Assembly: GCF_000007185.1 (NCBI RefSeq)
Contig: NC_003551.1
Span: forward strand, 510,001-542,000
Source: Methanopyrus kandleri AV19
GTDB taxonomy: Archaea > JAADCQ01 > Methanopyri > Methanopyrales > Methanopyraceae
DNA length: 32,000 nucleotides
Direction: 5' to 3'
This document shows positions 19,503-28,627 of the stretch, piece after piece. The notes beneath the pieces are model-generated. The model was not told the origin of the DNA, searched no databases, and saw only the letters and a list, made by a program, of their open reading frames with translations. The stretch's first letter is position 1. Each line of letters begins with the position of its first letter. The position numbers were made by a program, and so were the translations under genes.

Positions 19503-20324
19503 TCAGAAACCCCCGAGCACACCGAGTGGAGGCACCCCTGGGGGTCCGAAGGTCAGGTATCCTATCACCATCCCGTAAACTAGCAACAGCCCGATGTCCG
19601 CGAGTAAGTTGACTGTAGAGAGCAGCGACCCGGAACGAAGTCCGGTGATCGCGACCGTCACTGGCCCGCAACTCCTCAGCAGTCTTCCTACGTACGCTAA
19701 GGCCGCGCCGGTTACGGCGAGGGAGTAAGCGTGTGCGTAGTCGAGCACCCCGGATCGAAGCATCGTCCCGACCGCCGCGCATCCGGCCACCGGGTTAGCC
19801 AGGAATGTCATGGGCACGACGTACCCACCTAATCCGCGTAGGTAAGATGATAGGATAATCCCCAACAGAGCCCCGGGCACTAGGTAAGCGGCGATACGGC
19901 CGACGGTGCGAGTCGCTTCGTTGAGGGCGTCCCGAAGGCTCCCGTGTGTGGGGAGTTGTGCACGTACCCGACGGAGGAGAAGTCCGCCGACGATGGTCTC
20001 GGTAGCGTCCACGAGGGCTAGCGTTAGAGCGTACGGCCCACCCACCGTCGACCCCAGCAACGTTAACGCGTTCACACACGCTGTAGCGGTGTAAGTGGCG
20101 GAGTTAAACGAAACCTTGGCGATGAGGAGCTCGCGTCCCTTGAGACCCATCTCTCGGGCCGTCGTCAACGCCGCGTGGGGATGAATCAAACCAACGACAA
20201 CGAGCGGTACGGCACGACATCGGATTTTTTCGGACGCGAGCGCTCCGAGCAAGTGTAACCCGAACACGCTGACACCGATAACCAGCAGCGCCTCAAGCAC
20301 GAACTCGGCCACTTCAGCGATCAA
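19503..20324 (-). CDS. polytopic membrane protein, possibly nucleoside-recognition (Gate) domain
   Basis: About eight hydrophobic segments; duplicated appearance typical of Gate-like transporters. Family not certain. Confidence 0.6.
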   Translation of the reverse strand: MIAEVAEFVLEALLVIGVSVFGLHLLGALASEKIRCRAVPLVVVGLIHPHAALTTAREMGLKGRELLIAKVSFNSATYTATACVNALTLLGSTVGGPYALTLALVDATETIVGGLLLRRVRAQLPTHGSLRDALNEATRTVGRIAAYLVPGALLGIILSSYLRGLGGYVVPMTFLANPVAGCAAVGTMLRSGVLDYAHAYSLAVTGAALAYVGRLLRSCGPVTVAITGLRSGSLLSTVNLLADIGLLLVYGMVIGYLTFGPPGVPPLGVLGGF

Positions 20325-20381
20325 CCGGTTTCCCCCGAGGACTTTAACGGCGGAGACGGTGCGTGGTACCGGGGCGTCACG

Positions 20382-21287
20382 TTGGGTTCGCTGGAGACGG
20401 AGCCCGTATCGTTATCTCTCAAGCGGCCGTTCCGGATATCGGGCCGGGAAGTTAGACGAGTGCGGGGTTATTGGTGCACGTGCGTCATCGAGGGCAACTC
20501 CGGGAGAGGATTCGGACTCCGTCGCGGTATCGCCGAGGAGATGGCGACACTGGACGCCGTAGCTAGGAGGTATGACGAGCCACTGTGCAGGGTCTGGGGA
20601 AGGGAGCCGGCCTCGATCGAGTCGTTCGCCACCGTGGATCTGGTGGGCGCAGAGCAGGCCGAGAAGCTCGCGCGACGTTACTACCTCAGAGGGTATCGGA
20701 AACTGAAGGTGAAGGTGGGCGGAGATGACCTGAAGCGGGATCTGGAGCGTGTCGAGGCCTGCGTGAAGTCCGCCGAGTTCGACGCCCTCATACTGGACGG
20801 AAACGAGGGACTGACGGTCGAAGAAGTATTCCGGTTGCTAGATTTCCTGGACTTCGACGGTGACGTGTACCTCGAACATCCGACACCACCCGATAGCCTG
20901 GAAGAAGTGTGCGAATCTTGCGAGGCACCCGTGATCGTGGATGTAATGGATTTGGGAGCCCGATCCATCGACGACGTCCTCGACGTCGCGGAACCCTGCG
21001 ATATCGTGAACATCAAGACACAGGAGGTAGGATTCGTCGGTGGTTTGAGGTTAGCCCGAGACGCCCGGGAAGAGGGTTTCAAAGTGATGGTAGGATGTGC
21101 CGTCGAGAGCTTCTCTTCCATATCTGCCGCCGCTCACTTAGCCGCCGCCGTGGAGGCCGACTTATGCGACCTCGATGGCCACCTGTTCCTGGACGAGGAT
21201 GTCGTGAGCAACCCCGGATACGCACCCGTGATGGTCACCGAGGGTCCCGGATGGGAAGTCCGCGTGGAGCGGCCTAAGCCCGCGTAA
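20382..21287 (+). CDS. dgcA: enolase-superfamily dipeptide epimerase / N-acetyl-D-glutamate racemase (DgcA)-like
   Basis: KLKVKVG (KxK), LILDGNEG, VYLEHP, VIVDVMD and IVNIKTQ contain the expected catalytic lysines and three acidic metal ligands. Confidence 0.72.
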   Translation: MGSLETEPVSLSLKRPFRISGREVRRVRGYWCTCVIEGNSGRGFGLRRGIAEEMATLDAVARRYDEPLCRVWGREPASIESFATVDLVGAEQAEKLARRYYLRGYRKLKVKVGGDDLKRDLERVEACVKSAEFDALILDGNEGLTVEEVFRLLDFLDFDGDVYLEHPTPPDSLEEVCESCEAPVIVDVMDLGARSIDDVLDVAEPCDIVNIKTQEVGFVGGLRLARDAREEGFKVMVGCAVESFSSISAAAHLAAAVEADLCDLDGHLFLDEDVVSNPGYAPVMVTEGPGWEVRVERPKPA

Positions 21288-21404
21288 TAGGACATGAGCT
21301 GATGGCTGGAGGTCGTTAGGACACTCCACTCCCTTAACGACTCACTCTTCGACACTTTAACTCGATAACCGTCGAGTGGGGGTAATCATCGAAGTGGAAA
21401 ACTC

Positions 21405-22460
21405 GTGACGGGAGGTGGTTCGTTGGAGTTACCGCATAAGCCCGGGACGCCCGCGATCATACTGTGTCACGGGGCGTTCGACGAACCTCATGGGAAGACA
21501 GCACACGGACTGCTCCGGTTCGGACGCATTTACGACATCGTCGCCGTGATAGACCGCGAGCTGGCCGGGAAGACCGCACAGGATGTGGATCCGGATTTCC
21601 CACCGGTGCCGATACTGCGGTCGGTGAGTGAGGCCTTAGAGGAGCTGGATCCGGAAGTGCTGCTGATCGGGGCGGCGCCGCCCGGTGGGAAGTTAACCCC
21701 GGAGTGGAAAGAGGAAATCATCGAAGCTGTCCAAGCGGGCCTGGATGTGGTGAGCGGGCTCCACGAGTTCCTCTCGAAGGATCCGGACATCAGCGAGGCG
21801 GCCGAAGAATCAGGCTCACGGCTGATAGACGTGAGGAAGCCTCGGAAGGAGTTGTTCCGAGTTGCGGACGGGTCGGCCAGGGACGTGGACGCCACGGTAG
21901 TGCTCACGGCGGGGACGGATTGCGCTGTGGGTAAGATGTCGGCGGCTATCGAGCTCGTGGAGCGTCTGAGGGAAGAGGGAGTAGAGGCCGCGTTCTTGGC
22001 GACAGGCCAGACCAGCATCATGATCGGGGCGGAAGACGGTGTCGTGGTGGATCGTATGCCCGGGGACTTCATGGCGGGGGCCATAGAGGAGCTGGTCGTC
22101 CGCCTGGCCGAGGACCATGAGATCGTCGTAGTAGAGGGACAGGGTGCGTTAAGCCACCCGGCGTATTCCGGGGTTACACTGGCTATCCTGCACGGCGCCT
22201 GGCCCGACGCCGTGGTGTTGGTGCACGACCCGGTTAGGGAGGTGCGGGATGGGTTCCCGAGGTTCCGAGTCCCCGACCCGCGCACCGAGGTGACGCTGAT
22301 CGAGTCGTTAAGCGCGGCGGAAATAGTCTCGGTAGTTTTACGCACGTGGGACGAGAGGCTCGCGGAGAAGTTATCGTCCGAAGGATACCTGGTAGAACGT
22401 CTAGGCGACCTCAGAAGGACGGTAGATAGGGTTTTAGAGATTCACCGGATGGGGCGCTGA
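21405..22460 (+). CDS. dgcN: DUF1611 family protein, DgcN-like
   Basis: DUF1611 layout with P-loop-like AGTDCAVGKMSAAIEL, ATGQTSIMIG, FMAGAIE and EGQGALSHPAYSGV. Confidence 0.75.
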   Translation: MTGGGSLELPHKPGTPAIILCHGAFDEPHGKTAHGLLRFGRIYDIVAVIDRELAGKTAQDVDPDFPPVPILRSVSEALEELDPEVLLIGAAPPGGKLTPEWKEEIIEAVQAGLDVVSGLHEFLSKDPDISEAAEESGSRLIDVRKPRKELFRVADGSARDVDATVVLTAGTDCAVGKMSAAIELVERLREEGVEAAFLATGQTSIMIGAEDGVVVDRMPGDFMAGAIEELVVRLAEDHEIVVVEGQGALSHPAYSGVTLAILHGAWPDAVVLVHDPVREVRDGFPRFRVPDPRTEVTLIESLSAAEIVSVVLRTWDERLAEKLSSEGYLVERLGDLRRTVDRVLEIHRMGR

Positions 22461-22792
22461 GTCACCTTCCTGAGCGAGGAGTAGATACCGTAAGTGAGGT
22501 CGACGACACCGAGGGCGGCGATAGTCTCACCCTCGTCCTTGATGGGTACAACTACGACCGGCGTTCCCTCGTAAGGTCCCGATTCCGGCACCTTCCTGAT
22601 CACCTCACCTTTCTCGAGCACTTCCTCCAGAACTGGACCCGTGTACTCGTCGTCGATAACCTCACCGTCCTCGATTCTGACCCCAGGGTTATCCCGGGTT
22701 CGCATGGTCACGGGCAGGCGATTGACCAGCTCATGAACTGCCATCGCAAGCGGTAGGATATCTTCGGCGGTCGAGTCGGGTCTAATTCTCAT
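22442..22792 (-). CDS. small methanogen-type conserved protein (possibly DUF2111)
   Basis: MRIRPDSTAEDILPLAMAVHELVNRLPVTMRTRDNPGVRIEDGEVIDDEYTGPVLEEVL; internal ATG chosen to leave promoter space. Confidence 0.6.
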   Translation of the reverse strand: MRIRPDSTAEDILPLAMAVHELVNRLPVTMRTRDNPGVRIEDGEVIDDEYTGPVLEEVLEKGEVIRKVPESGPYEGTPVVVVPIKDEGETIAALGVVDLTYGIYSSLRKVTQRPIR

Positions 22793-22865
22793 CACGACTG
22801 CCCCGGTTCTCCAGTGGAGCGGATACTTTAACGGAGTTCTCATCGGGACGTTCGGTGGGGATCAC

Positions 22866-23444
22866 TTGAAGCCGAAGTGCTATCGGTGCCCTTCACCCGG
22901 AGACACATGTGATCGCTGCGGGCTCGCCGACGGGGATCAGATGGAGCGAACCGTGGAATCGTACCGACGGGACGAACTGTTCCGAAGCGCCTCGGAGATA
23001 GAGGTAGAAGGGTACATGGAATGGACGCGGGTCGAGGAGATCGCGGAACTGTGCGAGAGGATGGTGTGGAAAAGCGTCGGAGTAGCGTTTTGCGTGGGGT
23101 TAGCCGAAGAGGCCAGGGCGCTATGTGAGTTCCTGGAGGGGCGGGGCTTAGAAGTGTACTCAGTCTGCTGCAAAGTCGGAGGGGTACCGAAGTCGAAACT
23201 GAGTCTACTGGAGCTGAAACCGGGAGATAAAGTCTGCAACCCGCGGCTGCAGGCACGATTACTGAACGAAATCGGCACGGATCTGAACGTGCTCGTCGGA
23301 TTATGCGTGGGTCACGATATCATCTTCATCGAGGAGTCGGAGGCTCCCGTGACCGTCGCGGTGGTGAAGGACCGGAGGCTGGCCCACTGTCCAGCCTTAG
23401 CCCTCACGAACCGGTATTACAGGAGAAAGCTCGGGTTGGAGTGA
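22866..23444 (+). CDS. DUF1847-like cysteine-rich metal-binding protein
   Basis: CYRCPSPGDTCDRCG N-terminus, GVAFCVGLAEEA, VCCKVGG and CNP motifs. Confidence 0.7.
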   Translation: MKPKCYRCPSPGDTCDRCGLADGDQMERTVESYRRDELFRSASEIEVEGYMEWTRVEEIAELCERMVWKSVGVAFCVGLAEEARALCEFLEGRGLEVYSVCCKVGGVPKSKLSLLELKPGDKVCNPRLQARLLNEIGTDLNVLVGLCVGHDIIFIEESEAPVTVAVVKDRRLAHCPALALTNRYYRRKLGLE

Positions 23445-23450
23445 AAAAAA

Positions 23451-24368
23451 TCAGGCGAGGCCGAGCTTCTCGAGTACGGGCGTGCAGTCGATCTCGTGCG
23501 TCTCGAGGGCGAGCTCCTCCGGGTCCATTCCGAACGCCAGACCGGCCAGCTGGCAGTAGTGGAACACCGGTAGCTTCTTCGGTGGGAGCTTCTCGAAGTG
23601 CTCCTTCATCTCGATCTGTCCACGGTCGAACTGTAGGTGGCAGAACGGACAGACGTTGGTAGTGCAGTCGGCACCGGCTTCGAGCATGTTGAAGATCTTC
23701 TCGCGGGTGAAGTGAAGTGACACCTTGAGTTCCCTGGACCTCACACCACCTCCCGCACCGCAGCACATGATCTTGTCCTTGTAGTCGACGGACTCCGCCC
23801 CTAGGGCCTCGACGAGCTCGTCGAGCGTCCTCGGGTCCTCGACCGAACCTGGGAACCCGGTCACCTCCGACGGCTTCAGCAGGTGGCAACCGTAGTGAAC
23901 CGCTACCTTCAGCGGCTCACCGTCGGTCTTCTCGAGCGGCCTCTCGACCTTCTCCTTGATCTTTTTGACACCTACCTCCTCGTAAAGGAAGGTGTTCACG
24001 TGGTAGACCTTGACCTTACCCTTGTACTCCCTGTCGATCTCGGCGAGCTTTTCGTTCACGAACTCGCGCAGTTCCGGGTTCTCCTGCAACAGGTGGTTGG
24101 CTTCGTTCAGGGATCCGAAGCAACCGTTACAGACCGTCAGAATGTCGTATCCTTTCTCCTCGGCTATCGACAGGTTGCGGGCTGCGATCGTAACCCACGT
24201 CTTGAGGTCGAAGGACCCGAACACTCCGGGCGCCGGACAGCAGGAGGCACCGTCCATGTCGACGAGCTCGTATCCTAGTTCCTCGAAGACTAAACGCGTG
24301 GCCTTCTCGATGCCCGGATACCTGTTCGGCATGATACAACCAAGGAAGAAGCAGAGCTTCTTGGCCAA
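23451..24368 (-). CDS. hdrB: CoB-CoM heterodisulfide reductase subunit B
   Basis: Two cysteine-rich CCG-type motifs (CCPAPG...CNGC and CCGAGGG...CPFC). Confidence 0.95.
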   Translation of the reverse strand: MAKKLCFFLGCIMPNRYPGIEKATRLVFEELGYELVDMDGASCCPAPGVFGSFDLKTWVTIAARNLSIAEEKGYDILTVCNGCFGSLNEANHLLQENPELREFVNEKLAEIDREYKGKVKVYHVNTFLYEEVGVKKIKEKVERPLEKTDGEPLKVAVHYGCHLLKPSEVTGFPGSVEDPRTLDELVEALGAESVDYKDKIMCCGAGGGVRSRELKVSLHFTREKIFNMLEAGADCTTNVCPFCHLQFDRGQIEMKEHFEKLPPKKLPVFHYCQLAGLAFGMDPEELALETHEIDCTPVLEKLGLA

Positions 24369-24380
24369 GGGTCAACCCCC

Positions 24381-25016
24381 TTAGTCGACCAGATCACCCT
24401 CCTCCCAATCGTACCCGATCAGTTTGTCGAACTCGTTGATCTTGACCAGCTTCTGGACCTCTTCGAGAGCTTCCTCATACCGATGTGTCGTCGGTGGTAC
24501 TTCGTCGAGGCCGATGTTCTTCCTCACCTCGCGGATCTCATCGTTGATCGGTACGGCGTGCCCGGTCTTTATCACGAACATAGCCACCATCCTGTGAGCC
24601 TTGGCCATGTACCCCTTCTTGGCCGCGAGGTTCCGGGCGGCTTTAACGGCGTCTACGATCTTCACACCACGTGGGCAGCGTTCGTAGCACGTGTAGCATG
24701 TGGTGCACATCCACAGCTCGTCGCTCTTGATCACTTCGTCGACGAGTCCTAACTGGAGCTTCCGCATGATCAGTCGGGTGCGGTAGGAGGTTCGTCGTCC
24801 GCTGGGGCACGAGCCCGTGCATGTACCGCACTGGTAGCACGCCTGGACCGACAGTACCTCTTCCTCCTCGAACACGGGCTCGACGAGCTCGCTCAGTTCT
24901 TCTAGGAAGTCCGGGTTGAGATCCTCCTCACGGATGACGGTATCTCGTGGCTCGACCAACGCGCGGCCCTGAAGGGTTCCGCCCAGAAGAACCTTTTTAC
25001 GATACCCACCCGGCAC
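24381..25016 (-). CDS. hdrC: CoB-CoM heterodisulfide reductase subunit C
   Basis: Two [4Fe-4S] motifs CYQCGTCTGSCPSGR and CTTCYTCYERCPRGV; directly upstream of hdrB. Confidence 0.94.
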   Translation of the reverse strand: MPGGYRKKVLLGGTLQGRALVEPRDTVIREEDLNPDFLEELSELVEPVFEEEEVLSVQACYQCGTCTGSCPSGRRTSYRTRLIMRKLQLGLVDEVIKSDELWMCTTCYTCYERCPRGVKIVDAVKAARNLAAKKGYMAKAHRMVAMFVIKTGHAVPINDEIREVRKNIGLDEVPPTTHRYEEALEEVQKLVKINEFDKLIGYDWEEGDLVD

Positions 25017-25059
25017 CGCGTGTAGGTACGCTCAACGTCAACCTGCGGGGAACGGCTCC

Positions 25060-25818
25060 GTGAGGTTAGACGTCGACGTGGCGATCAGGGTGAACGGAGT
25101 ACTCCTAACCCCCGAGGAGCTCGAGTTGCTGCTCAAGTTGTCGGAACACGGATCGATGTCCAAAGTGGCGGAGGAGAAGGGTGTGACACGGTCCGCGGTA
25201 CACAAACGGATCAGGAATCTCGAGGAACGTCTCGGGTGCCGACTGGTTGAGTCGAGTCCTCTCGGATCCTATCTCACGGAGCACGGACGCAGGATAGTGA
25301 TCAAGTACGTGAACGCCAAGGCTAGACTCTCAAGAACGGAAACCACGGTAGCGTGTTCTGAGACCGTAATAGAAGACGTCCTAGCCGCTCTAGGTAGAGA
25401 ACACGATGTCGACGTTATCGTGCCGCCTCACGAGAAAATGAGACGTGTGGAGGCGGACGTGGTGGTCCCAGACGATCCCGTGATAGTCTTCGACCGCTCC
25501 GATGAGGCCGTCGGCGAACCGGTCGTCGTCAGGCGAACGCGGCTGGTACGGGTCGGTGACGGAAGTGGGTTCGTCGAGGTGCCCGGGAGCGCGCAGCGGA
25601 TATACCTCACAGATCTCCGCAACAGGGAGGAGATAAGGCCGAAAATGCGCGTAAGCTATTACGCCTCGGCCCTCGAGGCTGTTCGGGACGGAGGAATGTG
25701 GACCGTGGTACCCGAGGAGCTGGCCCCCGAGGGTGACGATCCCGGTCCTCACTACACCGTGATGGCGTTACCACTCACCCGAGACGGGGAGGACCTCCTC
25801 GATGTTCTGGAAGGCTAG
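25060..25818 (+). CDS. ModE/LysR-type winged-HTH transcriptional regulator
   Basis: LLLKLSEHGSMSKVAEEKGVTRSAVHKRIRNLEERLGCRLVE winged helix; C-terminal ligand domain divergent. Confidence 0.7.
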   Translation: MRLDVDVAIRVNGVLLTPEELELLLKLSEHGSMSKVAEEKGVTRSAVHKRIRNLEERLGCRLVESSPLGSYLTEHGRRIVIKYVNAKARLSRTETTVACSETVIEDVLAALGREHDVDVIVPPHEKMRRVEADVVVPDDPVIVFDRSDEAVGEPVVVRRTRLVRVGDGSGFVEVPGSAQRIYLTDLRNREEIRPKMRVSYYASALEAVRDGGMWTVVPEELAPEGDDPGPHYTVMALPLTRDGEDLLDVLEG

Positions 25819-26137
25819 CCTCGTAGGTCTCGTGACATTGTGCGCGGTTTTGGCGGCCGCAGGATGTCAGGAAATGAGAGCGCCGCCGATCGATCAGCCG
25901 CAAGGGCCGCCGAAGGTATCTGAAACCGGCGGTCAACCGGCACCCGCAGGACCATCCGGTCCCGGTTCAGGTGCTCCTGGAGCACCACAACCTTCCTCTT
26001 GGCAGACGTTCACGAGCCCGCTGTACTCCGTACAGTGGGCCACATCCGAGCTACCTTGGTTCCCCATAGGTCTCATAGTAGCGATAGCGATAGGATACTA
26101 TGTGGGGTACCGAAAAGGGCCGTCACCGTGGGAATAA
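25802..26137 (+). CDS. small secreted or anchored proline-rich protein with lipobox-like signal and C-terminal TM
   Basis: LVTLCAVLAAAGC then Pro/Gly-rich spacer, then WFPIGLIVAIAIGYYVGYRKG. Confidence 0.6.
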   Translation: MFWKASLVGLVTLCAVLAAAGCQEMRAPPIDQPQGPPKVSETGGQPAPAGPSGPGSGAPGAPQPSSWQTFTSPLYSVQWATSELPWFPIGLIVAIAIGYYVGYRKGPSPWE

Positions 26138-26145
26138 CGCGGACA

Positions 26146-26853
26146 CTACGGGATCTCGGTCACTGAGTGACCCACCACGACGAACGCCTTCGTAGACATC
26201 GCCACTATCAGGCACTCATCCGGGACCTTCGCGTAAGCACGCGAACCGTTGCATCCGAGCGTGAAGTTAATGCCGCCTTCCTTCATGATCTTGCCCACTC
26301 CATCCCCGCACAGGGACTGGATGCCGGAGAAATCGGAGTACACCCTACCACCTTCCGGGTACAGGTACGCCTGGGCTATTTTCATAGCCTCCTTCGGTTT
26401 GCATACCACTAGGATGACGTCCGGTACCACTTCGACGCCGGTGGCCTTCTCGTAGGTGATCGCCTCGAACACGCCCTCCCCGTCGAAGGCCTTCGGTACC
26501 AGCTCGACCGTGCGTTTGGAAGCCGAGAGTGTAGCGTGCTGCCCGAGTCCCTCGTAGTAGAACTTACCCGTCCGCACGGGATCCGGGATGTCGTCGAGTC
26601 CTATGGCGGCAGACCCGCCCTTGCACGCCTGCTCCTCCGGGGTCGCGTAGATATTGTCCATCTCACCACGAGCCACCGTCATCACGAACTCGCAATGACG
26701 GCACTCCTCCCCCACCCGCTCGTAGTCGTCAGGAACGTCTCCCTCGCTGAGATACAGCTTCATTGCCACGGGATACAAGTCGAGGTCTAGGGTCTCCATG
26801 AGTGATTCGGCGGCCTCGCGGATCCTCTCGGGTTCCTCGACGCAGATGGGCAT
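26146..26853 (-). CDS. DUF169 family protein
   Basis: VAMKLYLSEGDVP, CRHCEFV, CKGGSAAIGL, LVVCKPKEAMKIAQ and SDFSGIQSLCGDGV motifs. Confidence 0.75.
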   Translation of the reverse strand: MPICVEEPERIREAAESLMETLDLDLYPVAMKLYLSEGDVPDDYERVGEECRHCEFVMTVARGEMDNIYATPEEQACKGGSAAIGLDDIPDPVRTGKFYYEGLGQHATLSASKRTVELVPKAFDGEGVFEAITYEKATGVEVVPDVILVVCKPKEAMKIAQAYLYPEGGRVYSDFSGIQSLCGDGVGKIMKEGGINFTLGCNGSRAYAKVPDECLIVAMSTKAFVVVGHSVTEIP

Positions 26854-26955
26854 GAGTCCGCCCCCAGATCGTTTGTTCTCGGTCGTTCGACTATCGAGCA
26901 CTTACACGTATTAAAAGTTACGAATCATAATTCACTGGTAAATGGGGGTGGACGA

Positions 26956-27345
26956 TTGAGACCCTTCTTGAGGCCCATCGTGGTGGAACTGGTCCAGGGG
27001 ACGGCCGAGCTCCGACCGGAACGCGTGCTCTCGTGTGTTTTCGGTATCAAGGAAGACGAGGCGGAGCTGTACTTAAAACTGCTCGAAAACTCGGAGGAAG
27101 CACCCTTCACCGTCGAGGATGTAGCCGAGATCATCAACAGGAGCAGGAGCACGGCTCAGAAGATGTTACAAAGCCTCGTCCGGGTAGGGATGGTAGAGCG
27201 GGAGCGCGAGACGTTACCCGGAGGCGGTAGACGTTATTTGTACCGCCCCGCACCATGGGAGAAAGTAAAAGAACTCGGGCTCGAGAACCTCAGGATAGTC
27301 TGTGAGGAGATCGAGAGGTGGTTTCGGGAGTTCACACCGCACTGA
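26956..27345 (+). CDS. TrmB-like HTH transcriptional regulator
   Basis: [16 protein letters not shown] and [31 protein letters not shown] winged helix. Confidence 0.75.
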   Translation: MRPFLRPIVVELVQGTAELRPERVLSCVFGIKEDEAELYLKLLENSEEAPFTVEDVAEIINRSRSTAQKMLQSLVRVGMVERERETLPGGGRRYLYRPAPWEKVKELGLENLRIVCEEIERWFREFTPH

Positions 27346-27358
27346 GGGGGAAGACGAG

Positions 27359-27568
27359 ATGTCCGAGGAGAGGAGACCGTTCAAAGCCGAGAAAGTCGAG
27401 ACTAGGGACGGGGAGATACTCCTCAGATGCCCACGCTGCGATGCGTTGTTCCGCGACCAGAAGTCGTACTCTAGGCACGTGAACAAGTCCCATTTGTACA
27501 AGAAGAACCGCCCGAAGCGGATACTCAAGAAGATGAAGCGTCGCGGGGACGTGTTAGTTCAGGATTGA
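27359..27568 (+). CDS. small C2H2 zinc-finger protein
   Basis: [22 protein letters not shown] = C-x2-C-x12-H-x4-H followed by a basic tail. Confidence 0.85.
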   Translation: MSEERRPFKAEKVETRDGEILLRCPRCDALFRDQKSYSRHVNKSHLYKKNRPKRILKKMKRRGDVLVQD

Positions 27569-27646
27569 CGCCAACCTGTGGATGGGGAACAGGCTGAGCG
27601 CCGAGGCCTCGGGCCCGTGACGAGAGAACCCGGAGCCGACTACATG

Positions 27647-28099
27647 CTACACACGTAACTCACCACGCTTCCACAGCTCGATCACGCGCTTCACGATCTT
27701 TATGGTACTGTCCAACGGGCACCGTTCGTACTTCTCGATCCGACGAACCTCGCAATCAACACCGGCGCGTTCAGCCCAACGTTCGACTTCCTTCTCATCG
27801 ATGTCCTGATCGGGTCCCAGAACGACGACATCCGGTTTCACCGTCTTCAGGGTGATGGAGAAGTCCCGTGGATGGCCTAAGATCGCTCGATCAACGGGTT
27901 TCAGCGCCGAAACCATCCGTACACGCTGTTCCTCCGGCACGATCGGGGTCCTCTTCAGGCGTCGCACGGTTTCGTCTCGGGCGACCACAACCACGAGCTC
28001 GCCGTTCTTTCCGGCTATTTTCCTGGCTTCCTCGAGGAACGCGACGTGTCCGGGGTGAAGGATATCGAACACACCTCCCGCCAGCACGCGCTTACCCAC
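27647..28099 (-). CDS. ribL: archaeal FAD synthetase / nucleotidyltransferase
   Basis: GGVFDILHPGHVAFLEEAR (HxGH) and CPLDSTIKIVKRV. Confidence 0.88.
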   Translation of the reverse strand: MGKRVLAGGVFDILHPGHVAFLEEARKIAGKNGELVVVVARDETVRRLKRTPIVPEEQRVRMVSALKPVDRAILGHPRDFSITLKTVKPDVVVLGPDQDIDEKEVERWAERAGVDCEVRRIEKYERCPLDSTIKIVKRVIELWKRGELRV

Positions 28100-28177
28100 G
28101 TGAACGCTCCCCCGAGTGTGACCGAAGTTTGATTAACCCCGAACTACCGGGTGTCTTGACGGCGCGGGGTGTTAGTA

Positions 28178-28615
28178 TTGGCCCGGGTGTTCATTCACCC
28201 GCCTAACAGTCTGATTCTCCACGATCTGGTCGAGAGGTTCGGGCACGAGCCACTCTCACTGCCGAAAGAGATAAGCAAACGAGTGCGAGACCCAGAGATC
28301 GACTCACCCCCGATGAACGTAACCCCTCAGGACGCGAAGCGAGGTCTGAAGTACGCGGCCGTGGAGGTCCCTTCGGGTGTCAGGGGCAGGCTGGCCCTGA
28401 TCGGTCCACTCATAGAGAAGGCCGACGCCGCCATCGTAGTCACAGGCATCGAGGACTTCTCCTTCGGCTGCCTAGGCTGCGACAGAACGAACGAGTTCGT
28501 GACGTACCTAGTTCGACGCCAAGGCATACCGGTGCTGGAGCTGGAGTACCCGAAATCGGAGGAAGAAGCGAAAGCGTTCGTCCGTGAAATCCGAGACTTC
28601 TTGGAGTCGTTGTAG
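28178..28615 (+). CDS. methanogenesis marker protein 5
   Basis: VFIHPPNSLILHDLVERFGHEPLSL and IVVTGIEDFSFGCLGCDRTNEFVTYLVRR recognised from the marker 5 family; start uncertain (28169, 28178 or 28187). Confidence 0.8.
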   Translation: MARVFIHPPNSLILHDLVERFGHEPLSLPKEISKRVRDPEIDSPPMNVTPQDAKRGLKYAAVEVPSGVRGRLALIGPLIEKADAAIVVTGIEDFSFGCLGCDRTNEFVTYLVRRQGIPVLELEYPKSEEEAKAFVREIRDFLESL

Positions 28616-28627
28616 GGGTGGTCCCGT

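Noticed and set aside
27569-27646. Possible small RNA between the zinc-finger gene and ribL
   Set aside because: GC-rich partial hairpins only, no recognisable box motifs or promoter; probably a 3' convergent spacer.
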